NCBI GenBank assembly: GCA_017391305.1
Contig: JAFOZC010000067.1
Location: 1-40,366, forward strand
Direction of reading: 5' to 3'
DNA length: 40,366 nucleotides
Source: Oscillospiraceae bacterium
Lineage (GTDB): Bacteria; Bacillota; Clostridia; Oscillospirales; Oscillospiraceae
This document shows positions 1 to 8,848 of this stretch, piece after piece. Made by a program: the position numbers and the translations under genes. How positions within the stretch are numbered: position 1 is the stretch's first letter; the number at the start of each line of letters is the position of its first letter. The notes below the pieces were generated by a model. The model had not been told where the DNA came from, made no database searches, and worked only from the letters and a program-made list of their open reading frames with translations.

Positions 1-270
1 AACAACAACCTGCTGGACTACAAGCTGTCCTCTACCATGGATCACCCCCATCTGGAGGCACAGTTCGTGGAGAATCCCGAGCCCACCAGCCCCTTCGGCA
101 CCAAGTCTCTGGGCGAGCCTCCCACATGTCCCGTTGCTCCCGCTATCCGTAATGCGATCATGAATGCTACGGGTATCGCTATCAACGAGCTTCCTATGAA
201 TCCCCATGTGCTGTTCAAGCACTTTACCGAGGCGGGCCTCATTCACGACCCCTGGAGAAAGGAGAATTAA
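1..270 (+). CDS. xdhA: Xanthine dehydrogenase family molybdenum-binding subunit, C-terminal fragment (5' truncated by window)
   Basis: Frame 1 is open from base 1: NNNLLDYKLSST...PFGTKSLGEPPTCPVAPAIRNAIMNATGI..ELPMNP, the typical C-terminus of a Mo-hydroxylase large subunit including the catalytic Glu (GE). Followed by FAD and 2Fe-2S subunits. Confidence 0.9.
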   Translation, partial: NNNLLDYKLSSTMDHPHLEAQFVENPEPTSPFGTKSLGEPPTCPVAPAIRNAIMNATGIAINELPMNPHVLFKHFTEAGLIHDPWRKEN

Positions 271-273
271 GCC

Positions 274-1155
274 ATGTATGATATGAAAGCCTATTACGAG
301 TCCGAGAGCGTACAGCATGCCATTGAGCTGCGTTTAGCCCATCCCGAGGCGCACATTATTGCCGGTGGCTCCGACGTGCTGGTACAGATGCGCGAGGGCA
401 AGCGGGCCGGTGTGGAGCTGATCTCCATCTTCATGCTGGATGAGCTTCGTGGGGTCACCATTGACGAGGAGGAGAACATCCGTATCGGTTCTCTCACCAG
501 CTTCTCCCACATTACCAAGAATCCCATCATTCAGCAGTACATCAATGTACTGGGCGAGGCGGTCGATCAGGTGGGTGGCCCCCAGATCCGCAATATCGGC
601 ACCATCGGCGGCAACACCTGCAACGGTGTCACCTCCGCAGACTCCGCCTCTACCCTCCACGCATGGGAGGCTATTGTGGAGCTGACCGGCCCCAAGGGTG
701 TTCGCAGAATTCCCATTAAGGACTTCTACCTGAAAGCCAAGGTAGTAGACATCCGCGAGGGCGAGATCCAGACCGCCATTCTGATCCCCAAGGCAAGCTA
801 CGAAAACACCTACGGCTACTATATCAAGTACGCTATGCGTAACGCTCTGGACATTGCCACCAACGGTTGCTCCGTCAATGTGCGCCTGTCCGAGGATAAG
901 AAGACCTTTGACCGTGTCCGTGTTGCCTACGGTGTTGCAGGCCCTGTTCCCATGCGTTGCCCCAATACCGAAGCCTTCATCAACGGCAAGGAAGTCACCA
1001 TGGAGAATATCGAGGCCTTCGCACAGAAGGTTCTGGAGGATATCAACCCCCGTGATTCCTGGAGAGCTTCCAAGGCTCTGCGTCAGCATGTGGCAGTGGA
1101 ATCTGCCAAGCGTTGCATCATTGAATCCGTCAAGCGTGCAGGAGGTGAGCTGTAA
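274..1155 (+). CDS. xdhB: Xanthine dehydrogenase FAD-binding subunit
   Basis: IIAGGSDVLV, QIRNIGTIGGN and ADS motifs. RBS AAGGAG upstream. Confidence 0.92.
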   Translation: MYDMKAYYESESVQHAIELRLAHPEAHIIAGGSDVLVQMREGKRAGVELISIFMLDELRGVTIDEEENIRIGSLTSFSHITKNPIIQQYINVLGEAVDQVGGPQIRNIGTIGGNTCNGVTSADSASTLHAWEAIVELTGPKGVRRIPIKDFYLKAKVVDIREGEIQTAILIPKASYENTYGYYIKYAMRNALDIATNGCSVNVRLSEDKKTFDRVRVAYGVAGPVPMRCPNTEAFINGKEVTMENIEAFAQKVLEDINPRDSWRASKALRQHVAVESAKRCIIESVKRAGGEL

Positions 1156-1655
1156 TGGGTAAGCAATATAAGCTGGTTCGCTACAACCTCAACGGCAAGG
1201 ATGTAGAGCAGATGGTAGACGTCCGTGCCAGCCTCACGGATATGCTCCGCAACGACTACCGCATGACCTCCGTCAAGAAGGGCTGTGAGGTGGGCGAATG
1301 CGGTGCCTGCACCGTCCTCATTAACGGCGAGGCCTTCAATTCCTGCATCTACCTGGCAGTCTGGGCAGACGGGAAGAAGATCCGCACCTTAGAGAGTCTC
1401 CTTGGACCTAACGGTGAGCTTGCCGACATTCAGCAGGCCTTCATCGACGAGGCCGCCATCCAGTGCGGCTTCTGCACCCCCGGCTTTATCATGAGCTCTG
1501 TAGAGATCTTAGAGAGCGGCAAGGAATACACCGATGCCGAGCTTCGCAAGCTCCTGTCCGGCCACCTCTGCCGTTGCACCGGCTATGAGAACATCATCCG
1601 TGCTGTGAAGAAGACCATGTACAAGCGTCTGGGCAAGGAAATGCCCCAAGAATGA
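1155..1655 (+). CDS. xdhC: Xanthine dehydrogenase 2Fe-2S subunit
   Basis: GCEVGECGACTV...NSC and QCGFCTPG...LCRCTGY motifs. TAATG overlap with xdhB; RBS GGAGGT. Confidence 0.93.
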   Translation: MGKQYKLVRYNLNGKDVEQMVDVRASLTDMLRNDYRMTSVKKGCEVGECGACTVLINGEAFNSCIYLAVWADGKKIRTLESLLGPNGELADIQQAFIDEAAIQCGFCTPGFIMSSVEILESGKEYTDAELRKLLSGHLCRCTGYENIIRAVKKTMYKRLGKEMPQE

Positions 1656-1671
1656 TCCCCCTCACATAACC

Positions 1672-1712
1672 AAAGAGCACATTGCCCCACTTATGGAGCA
1701 ATGTGCTCTTTT
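1672..1712 (+). terminator. Intrinsic terminator after xdhC
   Basis: AAAGAGCACATTGC...GCAATGTGCTCTTTT stem followed by a T run. Confidence 0.75.
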
Positions 1713-1927
1713 GGGGAAAAGGGGATCAAGGAGCTTTGGGACAGAAGGGAGAGCTGTGCATGGGAGAAGGACGTGTGTGTTTGCACTGTGTTTTTACGAT
1801 TTTGTGATTTTTGCTGATAATACGTTGAAGTGATGGGGGATAAAATGACAGAGAATAGAAAATGGTAAAATGTAATAGGTCAGCTAAAAATACTTTTATG
1901 AAAAATGTAAGAAATTCTGAAAAAGGG

Positions 1928-1956
1928 TAGCATTTTTTATGTGTTTCTGCTATACT
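1928..1956 (+). promoter_or_regulatory. Putative sigma-A promoter of NCS2 permease
   Basis: TAGCAT-17 nt-TATACT with an extended -10 TG. Confidence 0.5.
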
Positions 1957-2018
1957 GTATTTAAGCTCTTACACAGATTCCTGTATGGAGCAAATATGAA
2001 ATAAGGAGTATGAGATCA

Positions 2019-3374
2019 ATGGAAAAGTTTTTTAAGCTGAAAGAAAACGGTACCAATGTACGAACAGAGATCATGGCCGGTCTTACCACCTTCTTCGCCA
2101 TGGCCTATATCCTGTTTGTCAATCCCGACATCCTGTCCCAGTCCGGCATGCCCTGGGGCGCTGTCTTCCTGGCAACGATCATCGCATCTATCATTGGCAC
2201 TCTGGTCATGGGCTTGGTCGCAAATGTTCCCTATGCACAGGCTCCCGGCATGGGCTTGAATGCCTTCTTCGTCTACACCGTCTGCTTCGGTCTGGGCTTC
2301 ACATGGCAGCAGACTCTGTCCATGGTCTTTATTTGCGGTCTTGTGAACATTCTGATCACTGTTACCAAGGTTCGTAAGTACATCATCAAGGCCATCCCCC
2401 TCAGCTTGCAGAATGCCATTGGCGGCGGCATTGGTCTCTTTGTCGCTTATATCGGCTTCCTGAACGTGGGCTTTATCAACTTTGATGCCGGTGTTCCCGC
2501 TATGGCTACCCTGAACAACCCCACCCTTTGGGTATTCTGCATCGGCCTCGTTATTACCATTATCCTGATGCTTCTGAAGGTCAAGGGCGCTATGCTGATC
2601 GGCATCATTCTTACTACCCTCATTGGCATCCCCTTCGGCGAGACCTCCTTCGGCGCTTCCGTCAGCTTTAGTCAGGCATGTAAGGATCTTCCCACCACCT
2701 TCCTTGCCATCTTCCGTCCGGAAGGTCTGCCCAGCCTGTTCACAGATATGCAAAAGCTGCCCTTGGTACTGATTACCATCTTCTCCTTCAGTATCACCGA
2801 CACCTTCGATACCATCGGCACCTTCATCGGCACAGGCCGCCGCAGCGGCATCTTCTCCGAAGAGGACGAGGCTCTCATGGATGCCCGTCCCGGCTTTAAG
2901 TCCCGTTTGGATAAGGCTCTCTTCGCTGATGCTACTGCAACCTCCATCGGTGCTCTCTTTGGCACATCCAATACCACCACCTTCGTGGAATCTGCTGCCG
3001 GCATCGGCGCAGGCGGCCGTACCGGCCTGACATCCGTTGTTGTTGCTGTGTGCTTCGCCGCTTCCGCTTTCCTTGCAAAGCTGGTCAGCGCAGTTCCCTC
3101 TGCCGCAACGGCTCCCGTTCTGGTTCTGGTCGGTGTGCTCATGGCTTCCTCCTTCAAGGATGTGGACTGGAGCGATCTGGATGAGGCTGTTCCCGCCTTC
3201 TTCGCAGGTCTGTTCATGGCTCTGTGCTACAGCATCTCCTACGGCATTGCCCTTGGCTTCATTACCTACTGCATCGTTAAGATCTGCCGCAAGAAGGTTC
3301 GTGAAGTCCATCCCATCCTCTGGGTCTGCACCGCTCTGTTTATCCTGAACTTCATCCTGCTTGCCTTCCTGTAA
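2019..3374 (+). CDS. NCS2 family (AzgA/PbuG/PbuO-like) guanine/hypoxanthine permease
   Basis: MEKFFKLKENGTNVRTEIMAGLTTFFAMAYI, APGMGLNAFF and TTFVESAAGIGAGGRTGLT signatures; highly hydrophobic. Start at 2019 preferred over 2010 from spacing to AAGGAG (2003-2008). Confidence 0.92.
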   Translation: MEKFFKLKENGTNVRTEIMAGLTTFFAMAYILFVNPDILSQSGMPWGAVFLATIIASIIGTLVMGLVANVPYAQAPGMGLNAFFVYTVCFGLGFTWQQTLSMVFICGLVNILITVTKVRKYIIKAIPLSLQNAIGGGIGLFVAYIGFLNVGFINFDAGVPAMATLNNPTLWVFCIGLVITIILMLLKVKGAMLIGIILTTLIGIPFGETSFGASVSFSQACKDLPTTFLAIFRPEGLPSLFTDMQKLPLVLITIFSFSITDTFDTIGTFIGTGRRSGIFSEEDEALMDARPGFKSRLDKALFADATATSIGALFGTSNTTTFVESAAGIGAGGRTGLTSVVVAVCFAASAFLAKLVSAVPSAATAPVLVLVGVLMASSFKDVDWSDLDEAVPAFFAGLFMALCYSISYGIALGFITYCIVKICRKKVREVHPILWVCTALFILNFILLAFL

Positions 3375-3427
3375 TGCATACAGCACAAACCCACATAGCA
3401 CCCCCACTCATCTGACATAAAACCAAG

Positions 3428-3468
3428 GAGTGCATTGCTCCCCCCCTCACCGGGGTAGCAATGCACTC
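3428..3468 (+). terminator. Stem-loop after NCS2 permease
   Basis: GAGTGCATTGCT...AGCAATGCACTC 12-bp perfect stem; weak T tail. Confidence 0.55.
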
Positions 3469-3531
3469 TCATTATAAATTAATGTGAACCGAAGAGGCGG
3501 ATTTACCGAGGGTGATCGTTCTGTCGGTGCA

Positions 3532-3801
3532 GTGGGCATCGCAGACGGAGCGATAAATTGCGGTTTACCGAACTGCTTGAAGTTTGCACACAGCCCTTGC
3601 CTCTCCCTCCGGGAGAGGTACCTCCCGAAGGGAGGGGGAGAGGGATGTGCAGACAGTTCGTGCAGGAATGCAGTTTCGTATAAGGAATCGGTGCGGTGGA
3701 TCTGAGGGTAGCTTGTCGGTAGAATCGGTGCGGTGAGCCCTCTCAGGCGCTTCGCGCCAGCTCTCCGGTCGGGAGAGCCAAGAACTGTGAGCAGACTTCA
3801 A
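3532..3801 (+). repeat. Mosaic palindromic intergenic repeat, copy A
   Basis: Core 3576-3783 closely matches 13348-13554 and the reverse complement of 28126-28367. Contains two double-hairpin units. Inner inverted repeat TTGAAGTTTGCACACAG / CTGTGAGCAGACTTCAA. Confidence 0.9.
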
Positions 3802-3836
3802 ACAGCCCCATAAATCAGGAGCTTGCGGTACTTGGG

Positions 3837-4172
3837 TTATGGATCGCAGTCGATTTCGTCTTCTTCTTGCGTTTTCGGCAATGGCCGATCTGTGGCATTG
3901 TGGGGCAGGAGGAAGCGGTCTCCGCCTCGCCAGGAGGCTCGGCGGAAGATGTCCGGGCCGTTGAGCTCTGTGTAGTCCCGGAAGATGCAGGGCGGTACGG
4001 TGGCACGGAACACCGGCTCTGCGGCAGAGTATTGCTGCCTGAGCAGGAATACATGGGCTCTGGATCGCCACTTGGGTACCAGATCATAGAACACACCCTC
4101 GGCACACACCACTCGGATAAATCGGTGATCGGGACAGAGGGTCAGAGGGTCGTAGGCAATGACAGACTCCAC
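3837..4172 (-). CDS. Hypothetical protein, ~111 aa
   Basis: GTG start at 4172 preceded by AAGGAGG and a near-consensus promoter. No recognisable family. Confidence 0.6.
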   Translation of the reverse strand: MESVIAYDPLTLCPDHRFIRVVCAEGVFYDLVPKWRSRAHVFLLRQQYSAAEPVFRATVPPCIFRDYTELNGPDIFRRASWRGGDRFLLPHNATDRPLPKTQEEDEIDCDP

Positions 4173-4224
4173 GCAAGGAGACCTCCTTCCAAAGAAATAT
4201 TCCAAATAATTCGAGACACCTTGC

Positions 4225-4253
4225 ATTGTAACCCAAAGGGCGGAATTTGTCAA
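4225..4253 (-). promoter_or_regulatory. Sigma-A promoter of the small orphan gene
   Basis: Minus strand TTGACA-17 nt-TACAAT. Confidence 0.65.
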
Positions 4254-4353
4254 CGCATTCGACAAAAGCCCCCAAAATAAGACAAAAACGGGAGATTGGA
4301 AAAGAGAAGCCACACCTTTTGTTAAGGAAGAGACGGGAATTTCACAAAAGTCC

Positions 4354-4382
4354 TTGCAATCATGGGGAGAATCCTGTATAAT
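4354..4382 (+). promoter_or_regulatory. Sigma-A promoter of tdk-deoD-deoB-cdd
   Basis: TTGCAA-17 nt-TATAAT. Confidence 0.65.
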
Positions 4383-4424
4383 AATGTGAGACTGAATATG
4401 CGAAAGACAGTATGGAGGATCATT

Positions 4425-5009
4425 ATGGCGAAATTATATTTCAAATACGGCTCAATGGGCTCTTCCAAAACCGCACAGGCATTGATCACCAAGTACAATT
4501 ATGAAGAGAAGGGAATGACCGTCTGGCTGGTGAAGCCTTCTGCGGATACCCGGGACGGAGAGGTCGTTCTCCGTAGCCGTGTGGGTCTTGAGGCCAATGC
4601 AGAGGTGGTTGCACCTCAGACAGATGTCCTTGACCGCTTCTCCCTGAGAGAAAAGGTGGATGTGATCATCGTGGACGAATGCCAGTTCATGACTACTCAA
4701 CAGATCGACCAGTTGCGGTATATTGTGGATGTGTATAATATTCCCGTACTCTGCTTCGGACTTCGGACGGATTTCCTCAGCACCCTCTTTGATGGCTCGC
4801 GCCGTCTCTTTGAGGTGGCTGACACCATTTCCGAGATCAAGGCGATCTGTGACTGTGGCGCTAAGGCTACCACCAATGCCCGTATCGATGCAGAGGGCTA
4901 TATTGTCACAGAGGGAGATCAGCTCCTCTTGGGCGGCAATGACCGTTACCTTGCCATGTGTCACAAGTGCTGGATCCGCAATATTCGGGAACATCGCAAA
5001 GTAAAATAA
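4425..5009 (+). CDS. tdk: Thymidine kinase
   Basis: MAKLYFKYGSMGSSKT P-loop, IIVDECQF, CFGLRTDF and Zn-binding CDCG...CHKC. RBS GGAGG before ATG 4425. Confidence 0.95.
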   Translation: MAKLYFKYGSMGSSKTAQALITKYNYEEKGMTVWLVKPSADTRDGEVVLRSRVGLEANAEVVAPQTDVLDRFSLREKVDVIIVDECQFMTTQQIDQLRYIVDVYNIPVLCFGLRTDFLSTLFDGSRRLFEVADTISEIKAICDCGAKATTNARIDAEGYIVTEGDQLLLGGNDRYLAMCHKCWIRNIREHRKVK

Positions 5010-5042
5010 TGATAATTTTCTATATTTGAAAGGAGAAACACT

Positions 5043-5783
5043 ATGAATTGTCCTACCCCCCACATCAATGCCAAGCTCGGTGACTTCGGTCAGACCGTCC
5101 TTATGCCCGGCGATCCCCTCCGTGCCAAGTACATTGCAGAGAACTTCCTGGAGAACCCCGTTCTGGTCAACAATGTCCGCGGTGTACAGGGCTACACCGG
5201 CTACTACAAGGGCGTGAAGATCAGCGTCATGGCCTCCGGCATGGGCATCCCCTCCATCGGCATCTATTCCTATGAGCTGTACAATGCCTACAATGTACGC
5301 AACATCATCCGCATCGGCTCTGCAGGCTCTATTAACCACGACATCCATGTCCGTGATATCGTCATTGCACAGGGCGCTTGCACCGACTCCAACTTCATGC
5401 ATCAGTACCACATCGACGGCACCTATGCTCCCATTGCTACCTTTGAGGCACTGCGTACCGCAGTGGAAACCTGCGAAGAGATGGGTGCAACCTATCATGT
5501 AGGCAACGTCCTGTCCACCGACAATTTCTACAACGATGACGAGGGCATCCCCGAGGCTCTGCAGACCGTTCCCATGTGGCAGAGAATGGGCGTTATGGCC
5601 TGTGAGATGGAAGCAGCCGCTCTCTATGCCACTGCCGCTCGCTGGGGCAAGAATGCCCTGTGCATCTGCACCATCTCTGACCACATGCTGACCCACGAGG
5701 AGCTGCCCGCCGAGGAGCGCCAGACCTCCTTCCGTGAGATGATGACCATTGCACTCGAGACCGCTGTGAAGCTGGAGAAATAA
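5043..5783 (+). CDS. deoD: Purine-nucleoside phosphorylase (DeoD type)
   Basis: TPHINA, VLMPGDPLRAKYIAENFL, GMGIPSIGIYSYEL, IRIGSAG, EMEAAALY and TISDH motifs. Confidence 0.96.
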   Translation: MNCPTPHINAKLGDFGQTVLMPGDPLRAKYIAENFLENPVLVNNVRGVQGYTGYYKGVKISVMASGMGIPSIGIYSYELYNAYNVRNIIRIGSAGSINHDIHVRDIVIAQGACTDSNFMHQYHIDGTYAPIATFEALRTAVETCEEMGATYHVGNVLSTDNFYNDDEGIPEALQTVPMWQRMGVMACEMEAAALYATAARWGKNALCICTISDHMLTHEELPAEERQTSFREMMTIALETAVKLEK

Positions 5784-5786
5784 GCT

Positions 5787-6956
5787 ATGAAGCGTATATT
5801 CTTATTCGTTTTAGACTCCTGCGGCTGTGGAGCTATGCCCGATGCAGAGTCCTTCGGAGATGTGGGTGTCAATACCCTGAAGAGCTGCACCACCTCCCAC
5901 AAGCTCCATATTCCCAATCTGATCGCCTACGGTCTGGGCAATATCGATTCTGTTGACTATCTGGGTCATGCTGAGGCCCCCAAGGGCGCTTATGCCCGTC
6001 TCCATGAGGCTTCTATGGGCAAGGACACCACCATCGGTCACTGGGAGATCGCAGGCATCGTTTCCGAGAACCCCCTGCCCACCTATCCCGAGGGCTTCCC
6101 TGAAGAGCTGCTGAAGCCCTTCTCCGAGGCTACCGGCAGAGGCATCCTTGCCAATGCCCCCTGGTCCGGCACTGCTGTGCTGGATGCCTACGGTCAGGAG
6201 CATCTGGATACCGGCAAGCTCATTGTCTACACCTCTGCAGACTCCGTCTTCCAGGTTGCCGCCCATGAGGAGCTGGTTCCTCCCGAGGAGCTCTACGAGA
6301 TCTGCCGCACCGCCCGTAAGCTTCTGGTAGGCAAGCACGGTGTCGGCCGTGTCATCGCCCGTCCCTTCCTGGGCAATGCCAAGGACGGCTTCTACCGTAC
6401 CACCAACCGCCATGACTTCTCTCTGGAGCCTCCCACACAGACCATGCTCGATGCCATCAAGGCAGCAGGGAAGGATATGCTGGCAGTGGGCAAGATCTAC
6501 GACATCTTCGCAGGTCACGGCACCACCGAGCATGTTTATACCAAGGGCAACACCGACGGACTTGCCAAGACTATGGCTTATGCGGAGCGGGACTTTAACG
6601 GTCTGTGCTTCGTCAATCTGGTAGACTTCGACATGCTCTACGGCCACAGACGGAATATTGACGGCTATGCAGAGGCCCTCACCGAGTTCGACGGTTGGTT
6701 TGCGGAATTTATGGAGAAGCTTGGGGAAGAGGACTTGGTCATGATCACCGCCGACCACGGCTGTGACCCCGCTTATACCGCTACCACCGACCACACCCGT
6801 GAATATGTCCCCCTGCTGATCGCCGGCAAGAAGGTCAAGCCTGTGAATCTGGGCACCCGTATGAGCTTTGCCGACATCGCCGCCACTGTAACAGAGCTGC
6901 TGGGTGTGGAATACGAGACCCCCGGCAAGAGCTTTGCCAAGGAAATTCTGGATTGA
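5787..6956 (+). CDS. deoB: Phosphopentomutase
   Basis: RIFLFVLDS, GKDTTIGHWEI, YTSADSVFQVAAHEE, GRVIARPF, NLVDFDMLYGHRR, ITADHGCDP and TDHTREYVP motifs. Confidence 0.96.
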   Translation: MKRIFLFVLDSCGCGAMPDAESFGDVGVNTLKSCTTSHKLHIPNLIAYGLGNIDSVDYLGHAEAPKGAYARLHEASMGKDTTIGHWEIAGIVSENPLPTYPEGFPEELLKPFSEATGRGILANAPWSGTAVLDAYGQEHLDTGKLIVYTSADSVFQVAAHEELVPPEELYEICRTARKLLVGKHGVGRVIARPFLGNAKDGFYRTTNRHDFSLEPPTQTMLDAIKAAGKDMLAVGKIYDIFAGHGTTEHVYTKGNTDGLAKTMAYAERDFNGLCFVNLVDFDMLYGHRRNIDGYAEALTEFDGWFAEFMEKLGEEDLVMITADHGCDPAYTATTDHTREYVPLLIAGKKVKPVNLGTRMSFADIAATVTELLGVEYETPGKSFAKEILD

Positions 6957-6969
6957 GAGGAGCAAAACT

Positions 6970-7383
6970 ATGACTCCCATTGAATTGGTTGATCTGGCTA
7001 TTGAAGCAAGAGAGCACTCCTACTGCCCCTATTCCCACTTTGCTGTGGGAGCCGCCCTCCTTACCAAGAGCGGCAAGATCTATCAGGGCTGCAATATTGA
7101 GAACGTGTCCTTTACCCCCACCATCTGCGCCGAGCGGACAGCCTTCTTCAAGGCGGTCTTTGACGGAGAACGGGAATTTGAGGCCATCGCCGTGGTAGGC
7201 GGCCCGGCAGGGAAGCCCGTTTCCGACCTCTGCGCCCCCTGCGGAGTATGCCGCCAGGTCATGAGAGAATTCTGCCGAGATGACTTCAAGATTTACCTCA
7301 GTAAAGGTGACGGCAGTTATATGGAGGCATCTTTGATAGATATGCTGCCATTTGGCTTCTCTGAGCGTGATCTGAAGGGTTAA
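6970..7383 (+). CDS. cdd: Cytidine deaminase (tetrameric type)
   Basis: YCPYSHFAVGAAL, GCNIEN, CAERTA and PCGVCRQ motifs. RBS GAGGAG before ATG 6970. Confidence 0.95.
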   Translation: MTPIELVDLAIEAREHSYCPYSHFAVGAALLTKSGKIYQGCNIENVSFTPTICAERTAFFKAVFDGEREFEAIAVVGGPAGKPVSDLCAPCGVCRQVMREFCRDDFKIYLSKGDGSYMEASLIDMLPFGFSERDLKG

Positions 7384-7492
7384 TTTTAGTAATATTTCAC
7401 AAAGTTTTCAAAAACACTTGATTTTTTGACAATTTTGTGTAATAATGTATCAAGCGGAATGCCGCAAACAAATTTTTATGGAGGATAAGAAA

Positions 7493-8668
7493 ATGAAGAA
7501 ACTCATCGCACTGCTTCTGGTAGTCGCTATGGTTGCTTGCCTGTTCGTAGGCTGCGCCGGCGATAAGGAAGATCCCACCGAGACCACCACTGAGCCCACC
7601 GCCGAGTCCACCACCGAGCCCACCTCTTCCGTTGATGAAGAGCCCACCACCACCATCCCCGATCCCGTTCCCGCTCCCGCAATGAACATCGCTCTGGTTA
7701 CCGACGTCGGCAACATCGACGACAAGTCCTTCAACCAGGGTGCATGGGAAGGCGTTGTTGCTTATGCAGAAGCTAACGGCGTTCCCTACGCTTACTACCG
7801 TCCTTCCGAGGACTCCGACGTTGCTCGTATCGAGAGCATCGACACCGCTATTGCTAACGGTGCTAACGTCGTTGTCTGCCCCGGCTACCTGTTCGAGACT
7901 TCCGTATTCGAAGTACAGAGCACCTATCCCGAAGTTAAGTTCCTGCTTCTGGACGGCGAGCCCCACACTGCTGACTACGCTACTTACGAGACCAAGACCA
8001 ACACCATGAACATCCTGTACCGTGAGGAGCAGGCCGGTTACATGGCTGGTTACGCTGCTGTTAAGGATGGCTACAGACATCTGGGCTTCATCGGCGGCAT
8101 CGATGTTCCCGCTGTTGTTCGTTTCGGCCTCGGCTTCGTACAGGGCGTTAACGCTGCTGCTGTTGAGCTGGGCGTTGAAGGCGAAGTAGACGTCAAGTAC
8201 TGGTACTCCGGCTCCTTCGTTCCCGATGATGCCATCAAGACCAGAGCTGCTGGCTGGTACACTGCAGGCACCGAAGTTATCTTCGCTTGCGGCGGCGGCA
8301 TCTATGTCTCCATCTGCGCAGCTGCTGTCGAGTCCGGCAAGGCTGTTATCGGCGTCGATAAGGACCAGTCCTTCGAGTCCGAGACCATCATCACCTCCGC
8401 TATGAAGAACCTGACCGCTTCTGTTGAGCTGGCTCTGACCGAGATGGCTGCTAACAACGGCGAGTGGGCACACGGCGGCGAGACCATCATCCTCGGCGCT
8501 GCTGAGAACTGCGTTGGCCTGCCCACCGCAGAGGCTTCCTGGAGACTGCAGAACTACACTGTTGCTGAGTACGAGGCTCTGTTCGCAGCTATCGCTGACG
8601 GCACCATCGCTGTTTCCAACAGCCTGGAGAAGCCCGAAGTCGCTATCGCTGTCGACTACGCTGCTTAA
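7493..8668 (+). CDS. BMP family nucleoside ABC transporter substrate-binding lipoprotein
   Basis: Lipoprotein signal ending LFVGC, Thr/Glu/Pro-rich linker, IDDKSFNQGAWEG, YREEQAGYMAG, VIGVDKDQ and ITSAMK. RBS GGAGG. Confidence 0.92.
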   Translation: MKKLIALLLVVAMVACLFVGCAGDKEDPTETTTEPTAESTTEPTSSVDEEPTTTIPDPVPAPAMNIALVTDVGNIDDKSFNQGAWEGVVAYAEANGVPYAYYRPSEDSDVARIESIDTAIANGANVVVCPGYLFETSVFEVQSTYPEVKFLLLDGEPHTADYATYETKTNTMNILYREEQAGYMAGYAAVKDGYRHLGFIGGIDVPAVVRFGLGFVQGVNAAAVELGVEGEVDVKYWYSGSFVPDDAIKTRAAGWYTAGTEVIFACGGGIYVSICAAAVESGKAVIGVDKDQSFESETIITSAMKNLTASVELALTEMAANNGEWAHGGETIILGAAENCVGLPTAEASWRLQNYTVAEYEALFAAIADGTIAVSNSLEKPEVAIAVDYAA

Positions 8669-8694
8669 TCCATAGCGCTTAAAACCTAAAAATG

Positions 8695-8724
8695 AGATCC
8701 GGGCTTCGGCCCGGATCTTTTTTT
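8695..8724 (+). terminator. Intrinsic terminator after BMP gene
   Basis: AGATCCGGGC-TTCG-GCCCGGATCT followed by a T tract. Confidence 0.85.
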
Positions 8725-8769
8725 ATCACCATAAAGCAGTAAAAAAATAAAAAAATTTCAAGATTGCTC

Positions 8770-8798
8770 TTCCAATTTCCGATAAAATAGTGTATAAT
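8770..8798 (+). promoter_or_regulatory. Putative internal promoter for ABC ATPase/permeases
   Basis: TTCCAA-17 nt-TATAAT downstream of the terminator. Confidence 0.5.
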
Positions 8799-8848
8799 GT
8801 TCATATCATAGAACTCGTATGTAGTTCAAATTGTGAGGAGTGATAAAT

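Noticed and set aside
1-1655. Xanthine dehydrogenase as the cargo of the BMC (xanthine-type microcompartment)
   Set aside because: xdh genes are over 30 kb from the shell genes, in a separate operon, with no obvious targeting peptides on the visible subunits. The BMC has a standard aldehyde core.
1713-2018. Purine riboswitch upstream of the NCS2 permease
   Set aside because: The conserved aptamer segments (TATAAT...ATATGG...GTTTCTACC...CCGTAAA...GACTA) are not present. Only a small hairpin lies near 1966-1991.
3484-3800. Small ORFs over the repeats (3484-3705, 13356-13667, 13633-13902)
   Set aside because: They are translations of the palindromic repeat. Frames and lengths differ between copies and there is no RBS.
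8811-8827. GAACT-N7-AGTTC palindrome as a LexA (SOS) box
   Set aside because: Spacing does not match GAAC-N4-GTTC, and it is short enough to be chance.
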